Positions 47,825 through 58,500 of a stretch of DNA of 64,000 nt are shown one piece after another; positions within the stretch are counted from its first letter, which is position 1; the number at the start of each line of letters is the position of its first letter. Made by a program: the position numbers and the translations under genes. This DNA is from Escherichia coli (GTDB lineage: Bacteria > Pseudomonadota > Gammaproteobacteria > Enterobacterales > Enterobacteriaceae). The notes beneath the pieces were generated by a model, which did not search any database, was not told the DNA's origin, and saw only the letters and a program-made list of their open reading frames with translations. The DNA lies in the NCBI RefSeq assembly GCF_013315695.1, contig NZ_CP054353.1, one strand, 5' to 3'.

Positions 47825-49250
47825 AAAACGGAGTTGAAAAAATGGTGTCTGAAAGAAGGTACCATCATTGCGATGACAAACACTTTGGCGTGGATAATGT
47901 AATTAATTGCTGAAATTGACCGTATATGCGGTAAGACTCATATCAGTATCAGGTCCGGTTAATTGCTGATACTGACATAAACTTTTTACAAAAGGATGAA
48001 TGCAGAAGGTTACTCTAATGGCCAGAGTGATGACAATGATGGTCAGACGTTGACCTGCAGAAACTGCATTTTAATTGGTCTATAAAGTCTGCAAGAGGAA
48101 TCAGGGTCAGATCAGTGAGTCTTATCGCGGCCCGAAGCTATGACTGAAAGAAGGCTGGATACAGAATTGCAACAATTTGGCAATGTCAGAACACAGAAGC
48201 TTTGCAAGCAGGTGAAAGGTTATGTCTAGAAAAAGGAGTATATCAGAATACATCTACTGATGTACAAAACACAACAATAGCTTCATGATATATAAATACG
48301 TGATGACGAGTGGTACTCCGCATGGTTATTTAACTTCTCAGCACCACTAATGATCCTGAGCAACTTCGTATTTGGGCCATTGCCATGGAGTAGAAAGCTG
48401 TGTCTGAGAATGCAGAATTTGAGAAAAGAATTCGCTTTCTTGGAGAGCTTCTGAAAATGGCACGCTAACAACGCTTTGTTAAAAAATGTGAATCACTTGC
48501 CGAGGCTGCATTTTCTATTCGAGGAGAATGTTGACGTAGATATTACAGAAATCTCAGCGCATCAGGATAAACTGCTACCTTAGGTCAACCACCAAAAGAA
48601 AATACAATACGTCCAGTTTGTATGCCTTTAATAACACATCTTTTAAATGTTGAAGAATTATCCCGCCTGCTGAAGAACGTTGCTCTGAGTGTGATAAACC
48701 TTTTTATTCTTGATGATGTCAGCGAGAAGATGGAATATATCCCCGACTGGGTCGTGGTTACCCGGTTAAACATCTGGTGGCGCTAATAAATCTGGCAAGT
48801 CACATTCTGTTGAATGCTGTGACAGTGCCTTACCGAGAGAGCGAAATTGTGGTGTTCTAGTGCATAGTCGCCACCATTCCGGATAATTTTATTGCGTTGT
48901 TTTACAACTTCTTTTACAGCGCAGATCTGTCGCTGACGTTGAATCAATAGCCTGGATTTCAGAACACAATGCCCGTTTGCTGGTTGGTCCGGCAGTAGCA
49001 TTAATTCATTATCTGAATGAAATGTGTCAATCCACAGAAACCGCTGTCAATGACGCATTTTGTCGGACGTTAACACGAGAAAGTCTGGCTATTCCGTAAT
49101 GCCATCTTATTTCGTAATGGATTGAGAATGCTGGATTTTTAATTATATTACGCGCAGTATTAATCGCGTAAATGTTTTGCGGTCAGCAACGGTGGGGGAT
49201 CCATTGCTCTGTTCAATGAATACCATCATACATTTGAATCAGGAGTCGGT

Positions 49251-49796
49251 ATGATGATTTTGGTGACGGGAGGCGCACGGAGCGGGAAGAGTCGCCACGC
49301 AGAGGTGCTTATTGGGGACTCTTCACAGGTTCTGTATATCGCTACCTCGCAAATCCTTGATGATGAGATGGCTGCACGGATAGAACATCATCGGCAAAGC
49401 CGCCCGGAGCACTGGCGCACAGTGGAGCGCTGGCAACATCTTGATGAATTAATTCATGCAGACATTAACCCGAATGAGGCTGTGTTGCTGGAATGCGTTA
49501 CCACAATGGTGACTAATCTGTTGTTTGATTATGGCGGCGATAAAGACCCTGATGAATGGGATTATCAGGCGATGGAACAGGCGATTAATGCTGAGATTCA
49601 GTCGTTGATTGCTGCCTGCCAACGTTGCCCCGCAAAGGTTGTATTAGTGACTAACGAAGTGGGAATGGGGATTGTGCCGGAGAGTCGTCTGGCACGACAT
49701 TTTCGTGATATTGCCGGGCGGGTAAATCAGCAGTTGGCCGCTGCGGCAAATGAAGTATGGCTGGTGGTTTCGGGTATTGGAGTAAAAATCAAATGA
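49251..49796 (+). CDS. cobU: adenosylcobinamide kinase / adenosylcobinamide-phosphate guanylyltransferase
   Basis: 181-aa [18 protein letters not shown]-loop. Confidence 0.93.
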   Translation: MMILVTGGARSGKSRHAEVLIGDSSQVLYIATSQILDDEMAARIEHHRQSRPEHWRTVERWQHLDELIHADINPNEAVLLECVTTMVTNLLFDYGGDKDPDEWDYQAMEQAINAEIQSLIAACQRCPAKVVLVTNEVGMGIVPESRLARHFRDIAGRVNQQLAAAANEVWLVVSGIGVKIK

Positions 49797-50536
49797 GTAA
49801 ATTATTTTGGGCGATGCTCTCATTTATTACGCGTCTGCCTGTACCGCGTCGCTGGTCCCAGGGACTGGATTTCGAGCATTATTCTCGCGGTATTATTACT
49901 TTTCCTTTGATTGGATTATTGCTTGGCGCGATTAGCGGGCTGGTCTTCATGGTGCTGCAGGCATGGTGTGGCGTACCACTGGCGGCACTGTTTAGCGTAC
50001 TTGTGCTGGCGCTGATGACCGGGGGATTCCATCTGGACGGCCTCGCTGATACCTGTGATGGCGTATTTTCTGCACGTAGCCGCGATCGCATGTTGGAAAT
50101 CATGCGTGATAGCCGTTTAGGCACCCACGGCGGTCTGGCATTGATTTTTGTGGTACTGGCAAAGATTCTGGTGTTAAGCGAGTTGGCTCTGCGTGGCGAA
50201 CCGATCCTTGCATCGCTGGCGGCAGCATGTGCGGTCAGCCGCGGGACTGCCGCATTATTGATGTATCGTCATCGTTATGCGCGGGAAGAAGGGCTTGGCA
50301 ATGTGTTCATTGGCAAAATTGATGGGCGACAAACCTGCGTCACACTCGGCTTAGCCGCTATTTTTGCTGCCGTATTATTGCCGGGTATGCATGGTGTGGC
50401 TGCTATGGTGGTGACGATGGTGGCGATTTTCATCCTCGGTCAGCTTCTCAAACGTACGCTGGGCGGGCAAACGGGCGATACGCTGGGAGCAGCCATAGAG
50501 TTTGGTGAACTGGTTTTCCTGCTGGCACTGCTATAA
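49793..50536 (+). CDS. cobS: cobalamin 5'-phosphate synthase
   Basis: ORF 49757..50536; ATG at 49793 overlaps cobU stop (ATGA), [18 protein letters not shown]; membrane protein. Confidence 0.93.
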
Positions 50537-50547
50537 AGAGACGTGAC

Positions 50548-51627
50548 ATGCAAATACTTGCCGATTTACTGAATACGATCCCAGCCATCAATTCTGCCGC
50601 TATGTCGCGTGCACAACGGCATGTTGACGGGTTACTCAAACCTGTTGGTAGCCTGGGAAAGCTGGAGGCGCTTGCCATACAACTGGCAGGAATGCCGGGG
50701 TTGAATGGCATACCGCATGTGGGCAAAAAAGCAGTACTGGTTATGTGTGCCGATCACGGCGTCTGGGAGGAAGGGGTCGCTATTTCTCCAAAAGAAGTGA
50801 CAGCCATACAGGCTGAAAATATGACCCGTGGAACAACCGGCGTGTGTGTGCTGGCAGCACAAGCGGGCGCTAACGTCCACGTAATTGATGTTGGTATTGA
50901 TACTGCTGAGCCTATCCCCGGGCTTATCAACATGCGTGTCGCACGAGGTAGCGGCAATATTGCTTCAGCTCCGGCAATGAGTCGCCGTCAGGCTGAAAAG
51001 TTGCTTTTGGACGTCATATGTTATACGCGGGAGCTGGCAAAAAACGGTGTCACGCTGTTTGGTGTAGGTGAACTGGGGATGGCAAACACGACACCGGCAG
51101 CGGCAATAGTCAGCACAATCACTGGCCGGGATCCTGAAGAAGTGGTTGGGATTGGCGCAAACCTGCCGACAGATAAACTGGCTAATAAAATTGATGTTGT
51201 GCGTCGGGCGATTACGTTGAATCAACCAAATCCTCAGGATGGTGTTGATGTCCTGGCAAAAGTGGGTGGATTTGATTTGGTCGGAATAGCTGGAGTGATG
51301 TTAGGTGCTGCTTCCTGCGGTTTACCCGTGTTGCTGGATGGATTTCTTTCTTATGCTGCTGCGCTCGCAGCCTGCCAGATGTCTCCTGCAATCAAACCGT
51401 ATCTCATTCCTTCTCACTTGTCGGCAGAAAAAGGCGCGCGTATAGCGCTCTCGCATTTGGGGCTGGAGCCTTATCTCAATATGGATATGCGTTTAGGTGA
51501 GGGGAGTGGTGCAGCTCTGGCGATGTCCATCATCGAAGCTGCTTGTGCGATATACAACAACATGGGCGAACTTGCTGCCAGTAATATTGTTCTACCGGGG
51601 AATACGACTTCTGATTTGAACAGCTAA
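50548..51627 (+). CDS. cobT: nicotinate-nucleotide--dimethylbenzimidazole phosphoribosyltransferase
   Basis: 359-aa ORF following cobS. Confidence 0.93.
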
Positions 51628-51691
51628 AAACGAAAAGTCTGATAAAAGCTATACTTATCGGATAGTATTCGCGACTTAGGAAAGGGACATG

Positions 51692-52624
51692 ATGCGTCGT
51701 GTAAATATTCTTTGCTCATTTGCTCTGCTTTTTGCCAGCCAAAATAGCCTGGCGGTAACTTATCCATTACCTCCAGAGGGTAGCCGTTTAGTGGGGCAGT
51801 CGCTTACTGTAACTGTTCCTGATCACAATACTCAGCCGCTGGAGACTTTTGCCGCACAATACGGGCAAGGGTTAAGTAATATGCTGGAAGCGAATCCGGG
51901 CGCTGATGTTTTTTTGCCGAAGCCTGGCTCACAACTCACCATTCCGCAGCAACTGATTTTGCCCGCCACTGTTCGTAAAGGGATTGTGGTTAACGTCGCT
52001 GAAATGCGTCTTTATTACTATCCGCCAGACAGTAATACAGTGGAAGTCTTTCCTATTGGTATCGGCCAGGCTGGGCGAGAAACCCCGCGTAACTGGGTGA
52101 CTACCGTTGAACGTAAACAAGAAGCACCAACCTGGACGCCAACGCCGAACACCCGGCGCGAATATGCGAAACGAGGGGAGAGTTTGCCCGCATTTGTTCC
52201 TGCGGGGCCCGATAACCCCATGGGGCTGTACGCGATTTATATTGGCAAGTTGTATGCCATCCACGGTACCAATGCCAATTTTGGTATTGGGCTCCGTGTA
52301 AGTCAGGGCTGTATTCGTCTGCGTAATGACGATATCAAATATCTGTTTGATAATGTTCCTGTAGGCACTCGTGTACAAATTATTGATCAGCCAGTGAAAT
52401 ACACAACGGAACCGGATGGTTCAAAGTGGCTGGAAGTTCATGAGCCGCTGTCGCGCAATCGTGCAGAATATGAGTCTGACCGAAAAGTGCCATTGCCGGT
52501 AACCCCATCTTTGCGGGCGTTTATCAACGGGCAAGAAGTTGATGTAAATCGCGCAAATGCTGCGTTGCAACATCGATCGGGAATGCCTGTGCAAATTAGT
52601 TCTGGTTCAAGACAGATGTTTTAA
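51692..52624 (+). CDS. ldtA: L,D-transpeptidase (ErfK/LdtA)
   Basis: ORF 51689..52624; [16 protein letters not shown] signal peptide; YkuD-domain. Confidence 0.9.
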   Translation: MRRVNILCSFALLFASQNSLAVTYPLPPEGSRLVGQSLTVTVPDHNTQPLETFAAQYGQGLSNMLEANPGADVFLPKPGSQLTIPQQLILPATVRKGIVVNVAEMRLYYYPPDSNTVEVFPIGIGQAGRETPRNWVTTVERKQEAPTWTPTPNTRREYAKRGESLPAFVPAGPDNPMGLYAIYIGKLYAIHGTNANFGIGLRVSQGCIRLRNDDIKYLFDNVPVGTRVQIIDQPVKYTTEPDGSKWLEVHEPLSRNRAEYESDRKVPLPVTPSLRAFINGQEVDVNRANAALQHRSGMPVQISSGSRQMF

Positions 52625-52649
52625 GAGCGTTGGTAATTAGAAAGTAAAA

Positions 52650-52675
52650 AGCCTGCTCGAAAGCAGGCTTTTTTG
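52650..52675. terminator. bidirectional terminator between ldtA and tRNA-Asn
   Basis: agcctgct-cgaa-agcaggct hairpin flanked by an A-run and a T6 run. Confidence 0.8.
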
Positions 52676-52679
52676 AATT

Positions 52680-52755
52680 TGGCTCCTCTGACTGGACTCG
52701 AACCAGTGACATACGGATTAACAGTCCGCCGTTCTACCGACTGAACTACAGAGGA
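52680..52755 (-). tRNA. asnV: tRNA-Asn (GUU)
   Basis: 76-nt reverse complement of TCCTCTGTAGTTCAGTCGGTAGAACGGCGGACTGTTAATCCGTATGTCACTGGTTCGAGTCCAGTCAGAGGAGCCA; anticodon loop CUGUUAA; symbol by K-12 synteny. Confidence 0.95.
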
Positions 52756-53081
52756 ATCGTGTGAACGGGGCGCATATTAATGGCAGTGCATGGTGATGTC
52801 AAAGGGTGAAATGCATTTTTTTGTTTGTTTGCTGACAATTTCAACAAAGTGGTGAGCTTTCAATCTTATTGGGTAATGAACCATCGTGGTGCATACCCCC
52901 CTTTTATAGGGCAGGTGAATGCGACTGCTGATAAAAAGGGCCAATGACGAATCTATCATAATCTCTTATTTGACAGTTGGTTAGCTTGCGCATCAACGCT
53001 AAAATAGAACTGGCAAGCATCTTGCATTCTGGTTGTAAGTAATGGCGGCACTTGGGCCGATTCTTAAAAACCGGAGGCAAC

Positions 53082-53999
53082 ATGAACTTCAGACGCCTGA
53101 AATACTTCGTAAAAATTGTAGATATTGGTAGCCTGACCCAGGCTGCTGAAGTATTGCATATCGCACAACCAGCGCTCAGCCAGCAGGTTGCCACACTGGA
53201 AGGTGAGTTAAATCAACAGCTTTTGATTCGCACAAAACGGGGCGTTACGCCAACAGGCGCCGGAAAAATTCTCTATACCCATGCACGGGCCATTTTACGT
53301 CAGTGTGAGCAGGCCCAACTGGCGGTGCATAACGTTGGTCAGTCATTATCGGGGCAAGTCTCGATTGGCTTTGCGCCAGGAACCGCTGCGTCATCCATCA
53401 CCATGCCCTTATTACAGGCGGTTCGCGCTGAATTCCCGGAGGTCGTTATCTATCTTCATGAAAATAGTGGTGCAGTGCTTAACGAAAAACTGATAAATCA
53501 CCAACTCGATATGGCGGTGATTTATGAGCATTCCCCTGTGGCTGGGGTATCCAGTCAGGCTTTGCTGAAAGAAGATCTTTTCCTGGTAGGAACTCAAGAT
53601 TGCCCGGGGCAAAGCGTTGATGTTAATGCTATTGCGCAAATGAACCTTTTTCTCCCCAGTGATTACAGCGCTGTTAGACTTCGTGTTGATGAGGCTTTTT
53701 CCCTACGGCGGCTCACGGCAAAAGTCATTGGTGAAATTGAGTCTATTGCCACGCTTACTGCAGCGATTGCCAGCGGCATGGGCGTTGCAGTATTACCTGA
53801 ATCGGCTGCGCGTTCGTTATGTGGCGCAGTAAATGGGTGGATGTCACGCATTACCACTCCTTCAATGAGTCTCTCTTTGTCCTTAAATTTACCCGCCAGA
53901 GCAAACTTGTCACCACAGGCACAGGCAGTGAAAGAGTTGTTAATGTCAGTGATTAGTTCTCCAGTGATGGAAAAAAGGCAGTGGCAATTGGTGAGCTAA
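53082..53999 (+). CDS. nac: nitrogen assimilation control protein (LysR family)
   Basis: ORF 53052..53999; ATG at 53082 gives MNFRRLKYFVKIVDIGSLTQAAEVLHIAQPALSQQV. Confidence 0.92.
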   Translation: MNFRRLKYFVKIVDIGSLTQAAEVLHIAQPALSQQVATLEGELNQQLLIRTKRGVTPTGAGKILYTHARAILRQCEQAQLAVHNVGQSLSGQVSIGFAPGTAASSITMPLLQAVRAEFPEVVIYLHENSGAVLNEKLINHQLDMAVIYEHSPVAGVSSQALLKEDLFLVGTQDCPGQSVDVNAIAQMNLFLPSDYSAVRLRVDEAFSLRRLTAKVIGEIESIATLTAAIASGMGVAVLPESAARSLCGAVNGWMSRITTPSMSLSLSLNLPARANLSPQAQAVKELLMSVISSPVMEKRQWQLVS

Positions 54000-54100
54000 G
54001 CGTTATATCGGGATGGAATAAGATGCGGGTTTTTATTATTTGTTATGCCGGGCATTAGACTTTAACAATAACGGGATATCTGAACTGCCCGGAGTTTACC

Positions 54101-55051
54101 GTGAATTTCCAACAACTAAAGATAATCCGCGAGGCTGCACGTCAGGATTACAACCTGACAGAGGTTGCGAATATGCTTTTTACCTCACAGTCAGGCGTTA
54201 GCCGTCATATTCGGGAACTGGAGGATGAACTTGGCATCGAAATATTTGTTCGACGAGGTAAGCGACTGCTGGGCATGACTGAACCGGGCAAAGCATTACT
54301 GGTCATTGCAGAACGCATTCTGAATGAAGCCAGTAATGTTCGTCGGCTCGCAGACCTGTTTACCAACGATACGTCTGGCGTTCTCACTATTGCAACGACG
54401 CATACTCAGGCACGTTATAGCTTGCCTGAGGTCATTAAAGCTTTTCGCGAACTTTTCCCGGAGGTTCGGCTGGAGCTAATCCAGGGTACACCACAGGAAA
54501 TTGCGACGTTGTTGCAAAATGGCGAAGCTGATATTGGTATCGCCAGCGAGCGTTTGAGTAATGACCCGCAGCTCGTCGCCTTCCCGTGGTTTCGTTGGCA
54601 CCATAGTTTGCTTGTTCCACTCGATCATCCCTTGACGCAAATTACACCGTTGACGCTGGAATCAATAGCGAAGTGGCCGTTAATTACTTACCGACAGGGA
54701 ATTACGGGGCGCTCACGCATTGATGACGCATTTGCCCGCAAAGGTTTGCCGGCAGATATTGTATTAAGTGCACAGGATTCTGCTGTCATTAAAACCTATG
54801 TTGCTCTTGGGCTTGGGATCGGATTAGTTGCCGAACAATCCAGCGGCGAACAAGAGGAAAAGAATTTAATCCGCCTGGATACGCGGCATCTTTTCGATGC
54901 TAATACTGTCTGGTTGGGACTGAAGCGAGGGCAACTTCAGCGTAACTATGTCTGGCGCTTTCTGGAACTTTGTAATGCAGGACTGTCAGTTGAGGATATC
55001 AAGCGCCAGGTGATGGAAAACAGTGAAGAGGAAATTGATTATCAGATATAG
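54101..55051 (+). CDS. cbl: CysB-like LysR-family regulator Cbl
   Basis: 316-aa ORF MNFQQLKIIREAARQDYNLTEVANMLFTSQSGVSRHIRELE. Confidence 0.92.
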   Translation: MNFQQLKIIREAARQDYNLTEVANMLFTSQSGVSRHIRELEDELGIEIFVRRGKRLLGMTEPGKALLVIAERILNEASNVRRLADLFTNDTSGVLTIATTHTQARYSLPEVIKAFRELFPEVRLELIQGTPQEIATLLQNGEADIGIASERLSNDPQLVAFPWFRWHHSLLVPLDHPLTQITPLTLESIAKWPLITYRQGITGRSRIDDAFARKGLPADIVLSAQDSAVIKTYVALGLGIGLVAEQSSGEQEEKNLIRLDTRHLFDANTVWLGLKRGQLQRNYVWRFLELCNAGLSVEDIKRQVMENSEEEIDYQI

Positions 55052-55054
55052 CAA

Positions 55055-55080
55055 AAAGCCCGCTATAAAAGCGGGCTTTT
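55055..55080. terminator. bidirectional terminator between cbl and tRNA-Asn
   Basis: aagcccgc-tataaa-gcgggctttt hairpin. Confidence 0.75.
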
Positions 55081-55088
55081 CAGAAATT

Positions 55089-55164
55089 TGGCTCCTCTGA
55101 CTGGACTCGAACCAGTGACATACGGATTAACAGTCCGCCGTTCTACCGACTGAACTACAGAGGA
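55089..55164 (-). tRNA. asnU: tRNA-Asn (GUU)
   Basis: Identical 76-nt tRNA-Asn sequence on the minus strand. Confidence 0.95.
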
Positions 55165-55324
55165 ATCGCTGTTGAGGCACATCTTAACGGCGAAAAATAT
55201 TTTGTCAAACCCGATTTTTAAATTTCCCAACTGTTTGCCGTTTCTATCAACAGTTTGTTGCATTTGCAGACAATTTGTTGGCGAAAATCTTTGCAGCTTT
55301 GCTGATTCTCCCTCATCATTTGAA

Positions 55325-56812
55325 ATGTGGTTTCACTTTCTGCAATTAAGGTCGGCTTTGAATATCTCCTCTGCTTTACGCCAGGTTGTTCACGGCACTC
55401 GCTGGCACTCTAAACGCAAGAGCTACAAAGTGTTGTTCTGGCGCGAGATAACCCCGCTTGCTGTTCCTATCTTCATGGAGAACGCCTGTGTCCTGTTGAT
55501 GGGGGTCCTGAGCACTTTTCTGGTCAGCTGGCTGGGAAAAGATGCGATGGCCGGCGTGGGGTTGGCGGACAGCTTCAATATGGTCATTATGGCTTTTTTT
55601 GCAGCTATCGATCTTGGTACTACTGTCGTTGTAGCATTTAGTCTCGGTAAGCGAGATCGACGACGAGCGAGGGTGGGGACGCGGCAGTCATTGGTGATCA
55701 TGACGTTGTTTGCCGTACTGTTGGCAACGCTAATTCATCATTTTGGCGAACAAATTATTGATTTCGTCGCGGGTGATGCCACGACAGACGTTAAAGCACT
55801 GGCGTTGACTTATCTGGAGCTGACCGTACTCAGTTATCCAGCAGCTGCCATCACTCTTATTGGTAGCGGGGCACTTCGTGGTGCAGGGAATACGAAAATA
55901 CCGCTACTGATTAACGGTAGCCTGAATATTCTTAATATTATTATTAGCGGCATATTGATTTACGGCCTTTTCTCCTGGCCGGGACTGGGATTTGTCGGGG
56001 CTGGGTTGGGTTTAACCATTTCTCGTTATATTGGCGCAGTTGCAATTTTGTGGGTGCTGGCGATTGGTTTTAATCCTGCGCTAAGGATTTCATTAAAGAG
56101 CTATTTTAAACCGCTGAATTTTAGCATTATCTGGGAAGTCATGGGGATTGGTATTCCAGCGAGTGTCGAATCAGTGCTATTTACCAGTGGTCGGTTATTA
56201 ACCCAAATGTTCGTTGCCGGGATGGGGACCAGCGTTATTGCCGGAAATTTTATCGCGTTTTCAATTGCGGCTCTTATCAACTTACCCGGAAGTGCGCTCG
56301 GTTCTGCTTCTACGATCATTACAGGCCGAAGGTTGGGGGTAGGGCAGATAGCGCAAGCAGAGATTCAGTTGCGGCATGTGTTCTGGCTGTCCACTCTTGG
56401 ATTAACGGCCATCGCCTGGCTAACGGCTCCCTTTGCCGGGGTTATGGCATCGTTTTACACCCAGGATCCACAGGTTAAACACGTCGTTGTGATTCTGATT
56501 TGGCTAAATGCTTTATTTATGCCTATTTGGTCCGCCTCATGGGTGCTACCCGCTGGATTTAAGGGTGCTCGTGATGCCCGTTACGCCATGTGGGTTTCTA
56601 TGTTGAGCATGTGGGGTTGCCGGGTTGTAGTCGGTTATGTGCTGGGAATCATGCTTGGCTGGGGTGTGGTTGGTGTCTGGATGGGAATGTTTGCCGACTG
56701 GGCTGTGCGGGCCGTGCTGTTTTACTGGCGAATGGTTACTGGACGTTGGCTGTGGAAATACCCTCGACCCGAGCCGCAAAAGTGTGAAAAAAAGCCAGTT
56801 GTGTCGGAATAA
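55325..56812 (+). CDS. yeeO: MATE-family efflux transporter YeeO
   Basis: ORF 55172..56812; ATG at 55325 gives MWFHFLQLRSALNISSALRQVVHG (495 aa); 12-TM MATE. Confidence 0.9.
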   Translation: MWFHFLQLRSALNISSALRQVVHGTRWHSKRKSYKVLFWREITPLAVPIFMENACVLLMGVLSTFLVSWLGKDAMAGVGLADSFNMVIMAFFAAIDLGTTVVVAFSLGKRDRRRARVGTRQSLVIMTLFAVLLATLIHHFGEQIIDFVAGDATTDVKALALTYLELTVLSYPAAAITLIGSGALRGAGNTKIPLLINGSLNILNIIISGILIYGLFSWPGLGFVGAGLGLTISRYIGAVAILWVLAIGFNPALRISLKSYFKPLNFSIIWEVMGIGIPASVESVLFTSGRLLTQMFVAGMGTSVIAGNFIAFSIAALINLPGSALGSASTIITGRRLGVGQIAQAEIQLRHVFWLSTLGLTAIAWLTAPFAGVMASFYTQDPQVKHVVVILIWLNALFMPIWSASWVLPAGFKGARDARYAMWVSMLSMWGCRVVVGYVLGIMLGWGVVGVWMGMFADWAVRAVLFYWRMVTGRWLWKYPRPEPQKCEKKPVVSE

Positions 56813-56912
56813 ACGACAAAGTGCAGATTATTTCAGCAAACGATTTCAAATTTAAAAAACAGGCTTTGACATTGTGGATGGGCATCGCTAATATTCGCCT
56901 CGTTCTCACGAT

Positions 56913-56988
56913 TCCTCTGTAGTTCAGTCGGTAGAACGGCGGACTGTTAATCCGTATGTCACTGGTTCGAGTCCAGTCAGAGGAGCCA
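56913..56988 (+). tRNA. asnW: tRNA-Asn (GUU)
   Basis: TCCTCTGTAGTTCAGTCGGTAGAACGGCGGACTGTTAATCCGTATGTCACTGGTTCGAGTCCAGTCAGAGGAGCCA on the plus strand. Confidence 0.95.
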
Positions 56989-57441
56989 AATTTTAGTTTT
57001 GAGACATCTCTATGAGTCTCAGGACAGTTAAAAAATAAAAATTATTTTTACCCGGTCACTTTGTAAAAAAGTGGCCGGGTTTTTGATTTCTGTGTTTCGT
57101 GCGCTTAATCGAGTCTCACGCTTCAGTGAGCAAATTGCCCCTCCCCAACAGACATCACGATTCACAAGGTCAAAAATTCTGTTCCATGAAGTACCGTACA
57201 AAGATAAAGAGAAAAATGCCTTATGCGGGATGTAGCTGTCGCGTCTTTATCGGGAAACTATACGTAATTGCCACTTTGTCTTCGGTAATCAGAAAAAGAA
57301 GACCTGCCATTTTAATAAATATTATTTCTCTGGGAACGGGGATTTTTTATAAGCAATATGACGAGTTAAACATTATATTTTTATAAGGATTATATGAGAT
57401 TAAAGAAATCTGCCATAAAGACAGATTTCTTTAACATATAA

Positions 57442-58158
57442 TTAGAGATTTGCGACGTTATGATAAACTTTTTGTACATCGTCGTCATCTTCAAGGGCAT
57501 CAACAAGCCCTTCAAAGATTTCTAAATCTTCTGGGGAAAGCTCAACTTCAGATTGAGCAATCATTTCTAATTCTGTTGTTGAGAACTCAGTGATTCCAGC
57601 TGCTTTTAGCGCCGCGATTCCTTTATGAAGGTCAGTAGGTTCAGTATAAATAACAATATTACCTTCTTCTTCAGTTACATCACGAACATCAATTTCAGCT
57701 TCAAGCAAAATTTCAAAAATATGGTCAGGGTCTGTTCCTTTAAATACAATCACCCCCGTATTGTCAAACATATAGCTGACAGAACCTGCCGCTCCGATAT
57801 TGCCGCCTTTTTTATTGAAAATTGTGCGAACGTTAGCAATCGTACGGTTAACATTTGAAGTCAATGTCTCAGCAATAATCATTGAGCCATTAGGACCAAA
57901 GCCTTCATAACGTCCCTGTACGAACGTTTCATCTCCACCGCCTTTGGCTTTATCAATTGCTTTATCAATAACGTGCTTTGGAACTTGTGCCTGCTTTGCA
58001 CGTTCAATAACGAATTTTAAAGATGTGTTTAATTCTGGATCGGGTTCACCTTGTTTGGCAGCAGCATAGATTTCTACACCGAATTTTGCATAAATTTTAG
58101 ACGTTGCACCGTCTTTAGCCGTTTTTTTAGCAACAATATTGGCCCATTTACGTCCCAC
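57442..58158 (-). CDS. yeeN: YebC/PmpR-family transcriptional regulator YeeN
   Basis: 238-aa [30 protein letters not shown].. Confidence 0.9.
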   Translation of the reverse strand: MGRKWANIVAKKTAKDGATSKIYAKFGVEIYAAAKQGEPDPELNTSLKFVIERAKQAQVPKHVIDKAIDKAKGGGDETFVQGRYEGFGPNGSMIIAETLTSNVNRTIANVRTIFNKKGGNIGAAGSVSYMFDNTGVIVFKGTDPDHIFEILLEAEIDVRDVTEEEGNIVIYTEPTDLHKGIAALKAAGITEFSTTELEMIAQSEVELSPEDLEIFEGLVDALEDDDDVQKVYHNVANL

Positions 58159-58500
58159 TGGAATGATCTCCTCGAAAATTTATTTACATTACTGGTAAAT
58201 CGTTAACATGTGTTAATTCGGCATATTATATCATAACAGGAAAAATCTCGTCTATTAGAAATAAAAATATTCTAAATCCATAATTTTATATTTAATTTTA
58301 TAAAAAATAATGTTGTTGGCGGGATTTTTTATAATTGTGTTTTGAAAGCATACTTGCTTTTAATATGTGGAAATCATTAAGACGATAATAAAACTCGCAT
58401 CTGCCCAAGGAAGCAAACAGCCAGCGTTTATTGCAGGCTATTTGCCAGATGTCTTACTTAATCCTTCACATCTATTTCTGATAAGAAGGTTCATAACTTA

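Noticed and set aside
56989-57441. Possible island junction downstream of asnW
   Set aside because: Only about 450 bp of AT-rich intergenic sequence separates asnW from yeeN, with no integrase gene and no direct repeat of the tRNA 3' end.
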